64,000 bases of DNA from an uncultured Chlamydiae bacterium (GTDB lineage: Bacteria > Chlamydiota > Chlamydiia > Chlamydiales > JAJFMA01). Below the pieces are notes generated by a model that worked only from the letters and a program-made list of their open reading frames with translations, searched no databases and was not told the origin of the DNA. Each line of letters starts with the position of its first letter. Within the stretch, counting starts at the first letter, position 1. The translations under genes and the position numbers were made by a program. Shown piece after piece: positions 51,143 through 59,709 of the stretch. The DNA lies in the NCBI GenBank assembly GCA_963713615.1, contig CAVQMM010000001.1, positions 1,696,001 through 1,760,000 of the forward strand, given 5' to 3'.

Positions 51143-51959
51143 ACTGCACAAGAATGCACCTCAGACTGTCGCTATTGAGCTCAGCGGAGAGCTTTACATT
51201 CCTCTGATGGATTTTCAGGGCAATATACGTCGATTAGTCGACTCCAAGTCCAAGAAGATCACAGAATCTTATGACTTCTCAGCCTTTGGTGAAGAGTTCT
51301 TCAGTAGTGTGCGAATACTGACAAACCCTTGGAGATATGCATCTAAACGAACCGATCCTGAGTTTAACCTCATCAACTTTGGCAAGCGCTATTATGATCC
51401 AGAGCTGGGCAGGTGGCTTACCACGGATCCAGCGGGCTTCATTGATGGGACAAACCCTTATGTTTACCTGTTCAACAACCCATTCCGTTATATTGATCCC
51501 GATGGACAGTTTGCGGCAGTCTTATTTCTGCCCCTTTTGGAATGGGGAGGTGCTGCTGGGCTAACATGGCTCGTATCAAGCACAGCAATATGCACAGCTC
51601 TCACAGGAGCATTAGTCTATACCGCTATTTCCTGGGGAATGGACATTGTCATGGCAAAGGATGGCCCTGATGATTCCGATCCTTACGAAACAGAAGAGGA
51701 ATATGAAGGGCGAGGAAAGGAGAAAGAAAGGAAGTCGAAAAAACGCCCGAAAGGTGAAGATGGACGTGACCCCATTCCCGGTCGCAATACTGATCAAAAC
51801 GAGCAAGCCAAGGCTGCAAGAAAAGCTGCTGAAAGGGAAACTAGACGAAAGTTTGACAAAAGAGGGGAAGAAAAGCACCACGATGAAACTACCGGGAGGG
51901 GGTACAATTACCGTGAACTGAAAGAAGTGGCGATCGATATATTATTTGGGTTATTATAA
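51143..51959 (+). CDS. Orphan RHS C-terminal cassette with an alternative toxin tip (ORF from 51207)
   Basis: 51143 to about 51660 duplicates 48422 to about 48940 (offset 2721), then diverges. Confidence 0.9.
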
Positions 51960-52864
51960 TGGATAACAATGATTTTCTGGCAAATTTGAAAAATGTTAAT
52001 TCTTCTTTAATCGGAAAAAAAGTAGAAAGAGCATGGAATTCAATTGGATATAATATATTTTTTGATTTCGGTGATATAATTTCTACTTATGTAAATCGAA
52101 GAGGCGAAACACGACCGAACTACGAATGGGGTATACATATTGGTGATAGCGCCTGGCGTCTTACAAAGAATAGGCGATTTGTTGTAGGTTCGGAAAGCTA
52201 TAAAGAAGATATTGAGAAGAAGATACAGGAGCTTTTATCAAAGAACTTTATTTCAATGAAGATAACATCTCAATTTCTCGATTTAGAGATTAATTTTGTA
52301 GATGATTATCAAATTCGGACATTCTTTTATTGGGAGACGGATGATCAGTGGTGGCTTTCTTTTCCCAACAGATCTATTACGTGTCCAGATAAAGACTATA
52401 TTGGAGTTGACTGCGAAACTCCTGAGAAGATCAAAGATGTATTGGAGCTATCTCTGAGACTGCCGATTCATGAACACTATGAGCCATTAACAGACATTTT
52501 GGATGGAAAGGTGATTAAACGTATTTCTCTCGAAGAAGAGAGAATCTTCATTGTATGTGATTATCGATTGTATTTTGTGATCGATACACGTTCGTGGAGA
52601 GTTGAGAAGGATGGTGGATTTCACATCGGTTCGTTTCGTTATAAAGGCGAAATTAAAGATGAACAACTTCAAACACGATTGCAGGTGCTTGTTGGCCAAA
52701 AAATTAGGCGCGTTGATGCGGCAAACGAGAAAAATGATCTGCGAATCGAGCTCGGGGAACACTATGTGTTAAAATCCTTCATCCAATCCGAGTGGGACCA
52801 GTGGTTCATTGATTTCAAAGACGAGACCCTTCTGTCGCACGAAGTTCAGGCAACTGAGCGCTGA
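51959..52864 (+). CDS. Putative immunity protein paralog 3
   Basis: TAATG coupling to the orphan toxin; paralog of 49238. Confidence 0.7.
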   Translation: MDNNDFLANLKNVNSSLIGKKVERAWNSIGYNIFFDFGDIISTYVNRRGETRPNYEWGIHIGDSAWRLTKNRRFVVGSESYKEDIEKKIQELLSKNFISMKITSQFLDLEINFVDDYQIRTFFYWETDDQWWLSFPNRSITCPDKDYIGVDCETPEKIKDVLELSLRLPIHEHYEPLTDILDGKVIKRISLEEERIFIVCDYRLYFVIDTRSWRVEKDGGFHIGSFRYKGEIKDEQLQTRLQVLVGQKIRRVDAANEKNDLRIELGEHYVLKSFIQSEWDQWFIDFKDETLLSHEVQATER

Positions 52865-52896
52865 TTTGCAAAAGTTGCACTCACACTTTTGGTGTG

Positions 52897-53046
52897 CTCG
52901 GGGTCAGACGTGACTTGTTGATTTGTTCATCATATGCTCGGGGTCAGACGTGACTTGTTGATTTGTTCATCATATGAGAGAGATCATGTGTGAGAAATCA
53001 ACCCGCGTTTCGGTCGAAAAGTCAGCAAGTCACGTCTGACCCCGAG
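52897..53046. repeat. 40-bp tandem duplication plus inverted copy of CTCGGGGTCAGACGTGACTTG
   Basis: Units at 52897-52936 and 52937-52976; inverted arm at 53021-53046. Confidence 0.88.
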
Positions 53047-53050
53047 GATT

Positions 53051-54032
53051 TAACAATTCTGGCCCTGACTTTTGGTATTGCTACCGGCTCTGCGCTCCTC
53101 TTTGGAACCTCTATCGCTCTGGGAGCGTTTATGGCAGGCATGATCATCGGTAGAACGGACGTGCATCATCAGGTACTCGCTAACGCTTTCCCTTTAAGGG
53201 ATGCCTTTGTGGTGATCTTCTTCCTGTCCGTAGGCATGCTATTTAACCCCTATTCCATCTCTGGTAACTTTACCCTCTTCATTGCCCTGCTAGCCATTAT
53301 TATGATCGTCAAGCCCCTAGTGGCCTTTGTTATAGCACTCGCCTATCGCTTACCCCTCAAAACAGCCTTGACAGTCGCGATGGCCTTGGCACAGATTGGT
53401 GAGTTTTCCTTTATCTTAGTGGAGGAGGCTTCCAGACTGAAGATCATTCCTGATGAAGGCTATGACGCCATTATTGCCTGCGCCATGGCTTCTATTGCCC
53501 TAAACCCCCTGCTATTTCGCCTCGCAGTGGCTTATAGCACATGTTTGGAACGCATGTTGCATGGAATGCTTCAAGGCAGCAAAGAACAACTGCTTGATTT
53601 CATCCCTACAGCAGTTGTGGTAGGATTTCATCCTATTGGGCAAAATGCCACGCATACACTAGAGAAAATCGGTTTTGCACCAGTGATCATCGATAGAAAT
53701 ATAGACACCATTGCTGAACTGATAAAAAACAAACGCGCAGCCATTTACGGTGACGCTACCCTACCAAATATTCTAAAAAGCGCACACGTCGATAAGGCTA
53801 CTGTACTTGTCATTACTGTGGCTAACCCTCACATCACACGGACCATCGTACACGCTGCCCAACACATGAATCCGGAGATTCGCGTCCTAGCACGCTCACG
53901 GTACCTCTCAGACCGACCATCGTTTGACCACCCCAACAGTACTGTAGTGTGTGGCGAGGAAGAAGAGATTAAAGCTTTCGAAGAGGCCCTATTAGGCCTC
54001 TCCGAATTTGGCGTAGATCAATTGATTACTCT
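53051..54032 (+). pseudogene. 5'-truncated duplicate of ybaL
   Basis: Lacks the first ~230 codons. The ORF-track start (52990) lies inside the palindrome. Confidence 0.85.
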
Positions 54033-54796
54033 ACCGGTGCTGGTGTCAACAGTCCATAACGCGCTAACACCTGCTTCACAGGACTATTGCGCAATAGTGC
54101 AACATCGCGTTGTATCTGTTGTGCCGCGCGTGTCTCGTACCCTGCGAATTTTTCGTAGATAAGTTTGAAAACAGCTGCTCCGGCGACCCACCCCAACACC
54201 TTACCAGCAGTGCGTGCCAACACCACCTGATTCGATAACATACCGTAACCCGTAACAAACATCCCCGCAGCAAGTCCTAATTTCAAAATGAGACCTAGCT
54301 GAGCGCTAAACTTCCTACGCCATAGGACATTTTGTTGCGTGCTGCAGATACGCTTCAAAACATCTGAGTGACCAAATGAGTCCTCACAGCGCCAAACTAC
54401 GCGATGGCGGTGTTTCGCGTGACTTAGCTCAACACTGGCATCGCCCCAGCGACCCCAATCGACACTTGCAAAATACGAGGTAACAGCTCCACCAACCAGC
54501 AGCAACAAGCCCACAACTTTGATCAAGGCATCGTCTTTATCCTTACTGGAACTGCTTCTCGACGATGAGCCGTATCCATAAGGTTCATGCCACCAGTAGT
54601 GATGATGATGGTGGTGGTGATATCCATAGGAATTATAGTCATGCCTAGAGGTAAACCAGGAGGATCCCCAGCTTTCGACAGGTGGACCAATCACGTTGTT
54701 AGCAAACTTCTGTGCATCGTCGAGGATGCTGTTAATCTGTCTCGAAAACATATTCAAAGACGGGTCCAGAGCCCCCGCATAGATACCATTAACCAT
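54026..54796 (-). CDS. Membrane protein with a poly-His tract; Inc-like hydrophobicity
   Basis: ATG at 54796 with GGAGGAG RBS, H7 tract, one TM segment plus a long bilobed hydrophobic region, no signal peptide. Confidence 0.6.
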   Translation of the reverse strand: MVNGIYAGALDPSLNMFSRQINSILDDAQKFANNVIGPPVESWGSSWFTSRHDYNSYGYHHHHHHHYWWHEPYGYGSSSRSSSSKDKDDALIKVVGLLLLVGGAVTSYFASVDWGRWGDASVELSHAKHRHRVVWRCEDSFGHSDVLKRICSTQQNVLWRRKFSAQLGLILKLGLAAGMFVTGYGMLSNQVVLARTAGKVLGWVAGAAVFKLIYEKFAGYETRAAQQIQRDVALLRNSPVKQVLARYGLLTPAPVE

Positions 54797-55365
54797 ATAT
54801 TTTACTCCTCCAATAAAGCATTCAACAATATATGATAAATCCAAATCGTTAACGTTATATTAAGACAAGATTCAGAATTTTTACGCAAAGGCAGAGAAAA
54901 GCTCACACGGATGGACACAGGACCACAGGAGGTAATTGCAAAATTATTGAAGCCCTTGAGAATCGGTTCTTGGGAAAAAAATGATCTTTTTTTTGTAAGA
55001 AAGCGATTCTAGGCAGCTCAGATGGCATGGCACTATCTGGTCTGGAGAGACAGGCTTTTACCTCTTTCACAGGCCCGACATCCCGCTAGAATTTTTCAAG
55101 ATTTTTCGTAGCTTTCAGGCGATTTTTCGATGCCAATTCCTTCGGTTTTGAAACTTTTAATTATTTTCTAATTTTGCTAAATTTATAGAGCCGAAGTAGA
55201 GTAGCCGTGCTCCTTTCAACGTAAGCGTCAATGCTAGCCATATTTCTATCATTGAGGTAATCGGCTAATGTGCCTTCCAAGTCAACAGTCAAAAGTGGGC
55301 GTGTATTAGGCCTATCTATCTTTCGAGACGCCTAAAAGCACTTTTTTTAAAAGTATGGAAGGCTT

Positions 55366-55680
55366 ATGAAAAAGAAATATACCTTAAAGCAACGCAAACA
55401 ATTGTTACATGAATGGCGAGTTAGTGGTAAAAGTGCTCCAAAATGGTGCCAAGAGATGGGAATTTCCTATACAACCCTTGCTCATTGGCGACAAACACTG
55501 CCAGTCCGCAAACAAAAAAAATGCCAACGCAAATCTCCTTCCTTTGTAGAACTGGTCGAATCGCCAAAACCTGCGCAAAACTACATTGAGGTTGCCTGCG
55601 CTGACGTCGTTATTCGACTATTCCCGGACTTTGATGATCAGGTCTTTCTACGCTGCCTTCAAACATTAAAACGATTATAA
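55366..55680 (+). CDS. tnpA: Second IS66 TnpA-like HTH protein, convergent with tnpC
   Basis: EWRVSGKSAPKWCQEMGISYTTLAHWR, SFVEL, IRLFPDFD. Confidence 0.85.
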   Translation: MKKKYTLKQRKQLLHEWRVSGKSAPKWCQEMGISYTTLAHWRQTLPVRKQKKCQRKSPSFVELVESPKPAQNYIEVACADVVIRLFPDFDDQVFLRCLQTLKRL

Positions 55681-55712
55681 TGAATGCCCCTTGGCTGGCC
55701 CTGAATGTTTTT

Positions 55713-57293
55713 TTAGTGGGATACAGCCGATTTGAAATTCTCAAAAGAATTGCCAGAAGGGTCCTGCTGTGATTTAGCCCATTGATCTGGTAGTAGTTCG
55801 TAAAGTTTTTGTGAGCTGTGACTCATTAGTCTACGCATGACATCTTCAAGATAGTCTCGAGGGTTTATTCCCAGATTCCGGCAGGTTTGAACTAAAGACA
55901 GTATTACCGCTGCGGCTTCGCCCCCTTCTTCATTGCCAATAAATAGCCAATTCTTGCGGCCAATTGCCAATGGACGAACTGCACGTTCGGCTACATTGTT
56001 ATCTAGGCGTGCGTATGGATGGTTTAAGTAGTTTTTTAGATGAGGAATCAGACCTAAAAAATACCCTAGAGCTTCTCGAAATTTGGATTTAGGCAGGACT
56101 TTTCCTTCGGATAGACGTTTTTTGATGGCGTTGATTAGCTCGTCTATAATCGGCCCCTCTTTCAGCTGCCGTATGCGTAATCGCTCTTCTTCAGAGCGTG
56201 CCCAAGCAATTCTTTCTAGCATAAAGAGGTAGCGAATCTTTCGTAAAACCCATTTGCGAAATGGGGGATCTCCAGTTTCCGCCTCTATGAATTTTCTGCG
56301 AATATGCGACCAGCAGGGACATAAAATGATTTTCTTCTTATTTGCCAGATCAATATAAGCCCCATATTTATCTGAATGTACCACTCCGGTATACCCTGCA
56401 AGTATTTCCGAGGCATTTTCATGTTTGCGGTTCGTCCGAAAATTGTAGACTCTATAGGCTGGGTTCGTATGTTTGCCCCCAACCAACACCCACATGTAAG
56501 CTTGATGGACTTTGCCCTTTCCCGGAGAAAGCATATCCACAGGACTTTCATCGATAAACACATTTCCGCTTTGCAAAATTTGCTTTGTTAGTTCCTCATG
56601 AAGAGGTTTTAATGCCTGTCCACAGCGTACAACCCAATTACAAAGGACTTGCCTGCTGATCCCAATTCCTTCCCTAGCAAGAATTTCTGAAATTCTATAG
56701 AGCGGTAGATGGTCGGCAAATTTCTTTGTTAAAATGTCTGCTAAAAAGCTCTCATCTGCTTGACAACGCGTAAGCAAACCTTCTGGAAGGGGAGCAGTTC
56801 GGATTCCACCTTCACTGTCTTGAGGAAGAGCATATTTTGGCCGGATGATTTCTTTGATAAAATAGCTTCCTGGCTTATGAGCCAGTTTTTGACTGACTTC
56901 TTCACCGATCTTGATCAGTTGCTGACCAGTCTCAGGACAGATCTTTTCAGATTCCGGTAGATCGATTATTTGACGTTCTACGGGTAGGTCTGGGGGCAGT
57001 GTGATTTTGTCTTTACCAGTACGCTTGAGTTGTCGGCGCTCATGAGCAGGAATGGTTGTTTTCTTTTCCGGTTTCACATTCTTAGGTGGTTCAAAACCGG
57101 GTAAGAAGGGTTGACTTTCGTTGACTGGGTCTACAAATTTTTCGGCACGTTGTCCAAAAACCTGCCTTTTTAGCCAATCCAATTGCTCCTTGAGATAAGT
57201 CAGCTCATTCTGTAGCTGCTCGATTATGCTGTCCTTACGAGCGCTTTCGGCAATCAGATCTTGGAGAGTACGTGTTGTAGGTGCCATATGCAC
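55713..57293 (-). CDS. tnpC: IS66 DDE transposase
   Basis: Leucine zipper, KFADHLPLYR, IDESP, HSDKY, CWSHIRRKF, LDNNVAERAVRPLAIGRKNWLF. Confidence 0.97.
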   Translation of the reverse strand: MHMAPTTRTLQDLIAESARKDSIIEQLQNELTYLKEQLDWLKRQVFGQRAEKFVDPVNESQPFLPGFEPPKNVKPEKKTTIPAHERRQLKRTGKDKITLPPDLPVERQIIDLPESEKICPETGQQLIKIGEEVSQKLAHKPGSYFIKEIIRPKYALPQDSEGGIRTAPLPEGLLTRCQADESFLADILTKKFADHLPLYRISEILAREGIGISRQVLCNWVVRCGQALKPLHEELTKQILQSGNVFIDESPVDMLSPGKGKVHQAYMWVLVGGKHTNPAYRVYNFRTNRKHENASEILAGYTGVVHSDKYGAYIDLANKKKIILCPCWSHIRRKFIEAETGDPPFRKWVLRKIRYLFMLERIAWARSEEERLRIRQLKEGPIIDELINAIKKRLSEGKVLPKSKFREALGYFLGLIPHLKNYLNHPYARLDNNVAERAVRPLAIGRKNWLFIGNEEGGEAAAVILSLVQTCRNLGINPRDYLEDVMRRLMSHSSQKLYELLPDQWAKSQQDPSGNSFENFKSAVSH

Positions 57294-57341
57294 ATCATTG
57301 TACTCAAAATATGAATTTATGTGAATGCAAAAAATGCATTT

Positions 57342-57680
57342 TCACACTATCTTGAAACGCTTTTGCAGTCGTTTCGGAACGACGCCTTCCAACATCATCA
57401 AAAAGGTCCTTCGATCAACTAAGGCCTCTTCCAATTTTCTCTTAGGGAAGCTTCCCCGCTCAAGACGTTTATACCAGATGGCAAAACCATCACTATCCCA
57501 ATAGAGTATTTTAATGCGATCTCTTCGACGGTTAAGAAAGGAAAAGAAGGCGCCACTAATCAGCTCATCACTGCCGAAAGCTCTCTCAACTAAGGCGCAG
57601 AGGCCTTCAAAACCCTTTCTTAAATCGGTTGTCTCACGAAAAATGAAGATTCGCGCATTCCCTGGATAAGTCAGCATCAA
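57342..57680 (-). CDS. tnpB: IS66 accessory protein TnpB
   Basis: TDLRKGFEGL, NRRRDRIKILYWDSDGF..WYKRLERG.F. Confidence 0.95.
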   Translation of the reverse strand: MMLTYPGNARIFIFRETTDLRKGFEGLCALVERAFGSDELISGAFFSFLNRRRDRIKILYWDSDGFAIWYKRLERGSFPKRKLEEALVDRRTFLMMLEGVVPKRLQKRFKIV

Positions 57681-57991
57681 GACTCCTCAAACAGTCTAAG
57701 ACACATCAGAAGAGCTGTGCGGTCATAATCTTTTGCCAGAGATAGTTTGCCTCCTCGAAAATTCATCTGCAGCCAATCGGGTATAGACCAGCCCTCTGGT
57801 AACTCCTTACATGGTTTATGCACAGGCTGATTTTTCGACTGATTGCTTAAAAATCGTTTTTTCCAATAATTGAACGTGGCATAAGAAAGACTTTGCTCTC
57901 GACACCAAGAGGAGGCGCTCTTTCCGCTTTTAGTCCACTCCTGGATTGTTTTTGCCCACTGCTCCGCACGAACTTTATCTCTCTCTTTCAT
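57677..57991 (-). CDS. tnpA: IS66 TnpA HTH protein
   Basis: W..SGKSASSWCREQSLSYATFNYWKK. ATG at 57991 with GGAGGT RBS; coupled to tnpB. Confidence 0.88.
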   Translation of the reverse strand: MKERDKVRAEQWAKTIQEWTKSGKSASSWCREQSLSYATFNYWKKRFLSNQSKNQPVHKPCKELPEGWSIPDWLQMNFRGGKLSLAKDYDRTALLMCLRLFEES

Positions 57992-58249
57992 CAGACCTAC
58001 CTCCAAAGTGTTACCTAACTTTGAAGGCACATTAGCTGATTACATCAACGACCGAAATATGGCTAGCATTGACGCTTACCTTTCAACTGCGAAGGGACAC
58101 GGTGAATTTACTTAGGAAGGTTGTATACAACTCCTATGGGGTTGCCGAAGCAGAGTAGCCGTGCTCCTTTTCTGCTCAGCTAACATCGCCGAATTTGCTG
58201 ACCTTGTTCATTCAGGCCAAACAGAACAAAGCCCGTTTGCTAAACTAAC

Positions 58250-59446
58250 TCAGTCTTCCTTCTGACGGTAATCCCTGTCATGTATGAGTATCGACCATAT
58301 TACTCTTATCATATGACGGGCAAATGCTCGTACTGCTTGGTTATGTTTTTTTCCCTCTGCTCTCTTCTTCTTGTAGTACTGTGCAGCCTCATCACATAGT
58401 TGTATATGTCGAGCAGCTCCGGTCATCATAGCTCCCTTTCCCCTCCAGTTAATATTTCGAGGCGATCGAGACCCCTCATATTGGCCAGAACTCTTGTTCA
58501 GAATTCCTATTCCCAAGTAGAGCGCTAGACTAGCTTCCGACTTAAACCGATCGATACTACCAATCTCTCCAGCGAGTTCTGCGGCACAAATGGAACCATA
58601 TCCAGGAATAGATTCAATCCGAGATGCTATCTTGGATTGTGGGATCAAACCCTCTATCAATACCTCCAACTGCGCTATTTCATCTAGCATCTCGAGTAGC
58701 CTTCTGACATCTCGTACTATTAATTTTCCTATCCACTCAACCTTTGAAGAGAACTTAGCCGTCTTTTGCCATTTCTGAATTTCCTCTGCATAAACCTCTC
58801 CAACGCCCTTGATTTGCAACAGGCTTCTTTTTTGCATTCGAAGCAACATGGTCATGTCTTCCTTCGAAGCAAGAAATCGTAGAAACCAAAGATTTGCTGG
58901 ATTTTTTGTAATAGACAGTAGACCGGGGCAAACAGCCTGTAGATCCCCTTGAAGTCGATTTATGATTCTTGTCTTTTCTTTTACCAACTCTCTACGACGC
59001 CTTGAAATATGTTTAAGTTGCTCGTTGCATACCGGTGGAGGCTCTACTTTCTGCAGAATATTTTTTGCCAACGGTAAGGTCTCTTGAACTTGAAACAAGC
59101 TAAAAATAGCCCAAGCGTCAATTGGATCTGTTTTGGCTGGACCAGGAAAAACTTCCTTAAATCTAGCCAATTTCATGTTGTTGACACTATACAAAGAATA
59201 TCCGTGATCAAGAGCATATCTATCGATGGGTCTAGCATAGCCATTAAACCCCTCCATAGCCATGACAACAGGCATGTTATAGGAAATTCTAAGCTTCTCA
59301 ATTTTCTCAAAAAACTGCTCAATGTCTTCAGAAGTGTGGTTTAGATAAAATCCATCGATGCGTTCTCCTGTGGACAAGCCTATGGCTACATAGTGTCGAA
59401 CGCTACCGATATCTAGACAAATACGAAGTTCGGACTGATTTTGCAT
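58250..59446 (-). CDS. IS110-family (DEDD) transposase/recombinase
   Basis: CLDIGS, AMEG, KTDPIDA, SIPGYG, GEIG.I.RF, SSG, GKKHNQAVRAFAR. Confidence 0.95.
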   Translation of the reverse strand: MQNQSELRICLDIGSVRHYVAIGLSTGERIDGFYLNHTSEDIEQFFEKIEKLRISYNMPVVMAMEGFNGYARPIDRYALDHGYSLYSVNNMKLARFKEVFPGPAKTDPIDAWAIFSLFQVQETLPLAKNILQKVEPPPVCNEQLKHISRRRRELVKEKTRIINRLQGDLQAVCPGLLSITKNPANLWFLRFLASKEDMTMLLRMQKRSLLQIKGVGEVYAEEIQKWQKTAKFSSKVEWIGKLIVRDVRRLLEMLDEIAQLEVLIEGLIPQSKIASRIESIPGYGSICAAELAGEIGSIDRFKSEASLALYLGIGILNKSSGQYEGSRSPRNINWRGKGAMMTGAARHIQLCDEAAQYYKKKRAEGKKHNQAVRAFARHMIRVIWSILIHDRDYRQKED

Positions 59447-59459
59447 GATAAATGCCCTG

Positions 59460-59633
59460 TTAAGTGTTTGTGAGCGTTAAATTTCACCCAAATTCCACTT
59501 CTACTTACAGAGCCACAATCAGAAGATTGGCACCATCCCGAACGGAATTATTGGATGATGCAAACGACGAAGGCGGCATATCGGGCCAGGCGAACAAACA
59601 TTCGCTAAGGGCACACGGCCACACCTTCGTCGG
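59460..59633 (-). ncRNA. Candidate IS110 bridge RNA (ends approximate)
   Basis: Hairpin 59565-59632 whose internal-loop segments UGCCCUU and GGCCCGA match the insertion target. Second hairpin at 59530-59561. TATCAT -10 at 59639-59644. Confidence 0.65.
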
Positions 59634-59709
59634 CCAAAATGATACCTTAGAGAAATGTTTTTTGTCTTTTCCTATTACCGTCGATAATCGTTTGCAAAAT
59701 CCTATGGTA

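Larger units (their letters stand above)
55221..58079 (-). mobile_element. Complete IS66-family element
   Basis: TIR GTAAGCGTCAATGCTAGCCATATTTC at both ends, 8-bp TSD CTTTCAAC (55213-55220 and 58080-58087), tnpA-tnpB-tnpC. Confidence 0.97.
58236..59709 (-). mobile_element. IS110-family element inserted into a family E palindrome
   Basis: Minus-strand flanks ...ATCGACCCTTC | element | (C)GGGCTT rebuild the repeat seen intact at 60616-60634. Confidence 0.75.

Noticed and set aside
48422..51660. Duplicated RHS segment as a DGR template/variable pair
   Set aside because: No reverse transcriptase, and the differences are not adenine-specific. An ordinary orphan RHS cassette explains it.
52897..52976. 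40-bp repeats as a CRISPR array
   Set aside because: Two directly abutting units with no spacers, and no cas genes in the window.
52990..54162. 390-aa ORF as a functional second antiporter
   Set aside because: The start lies in a palindrome, the N-terminal TM helices are missing and the tail runs antisense into the next gene.
55190..58170. 27-bp direct repeats as a CRISPR or att sites
   Set aside because: Only two copies, a 60-nt structured spacer once the IS66 is removed, and no cas or integrase gene. The IS66 has its own TSD.
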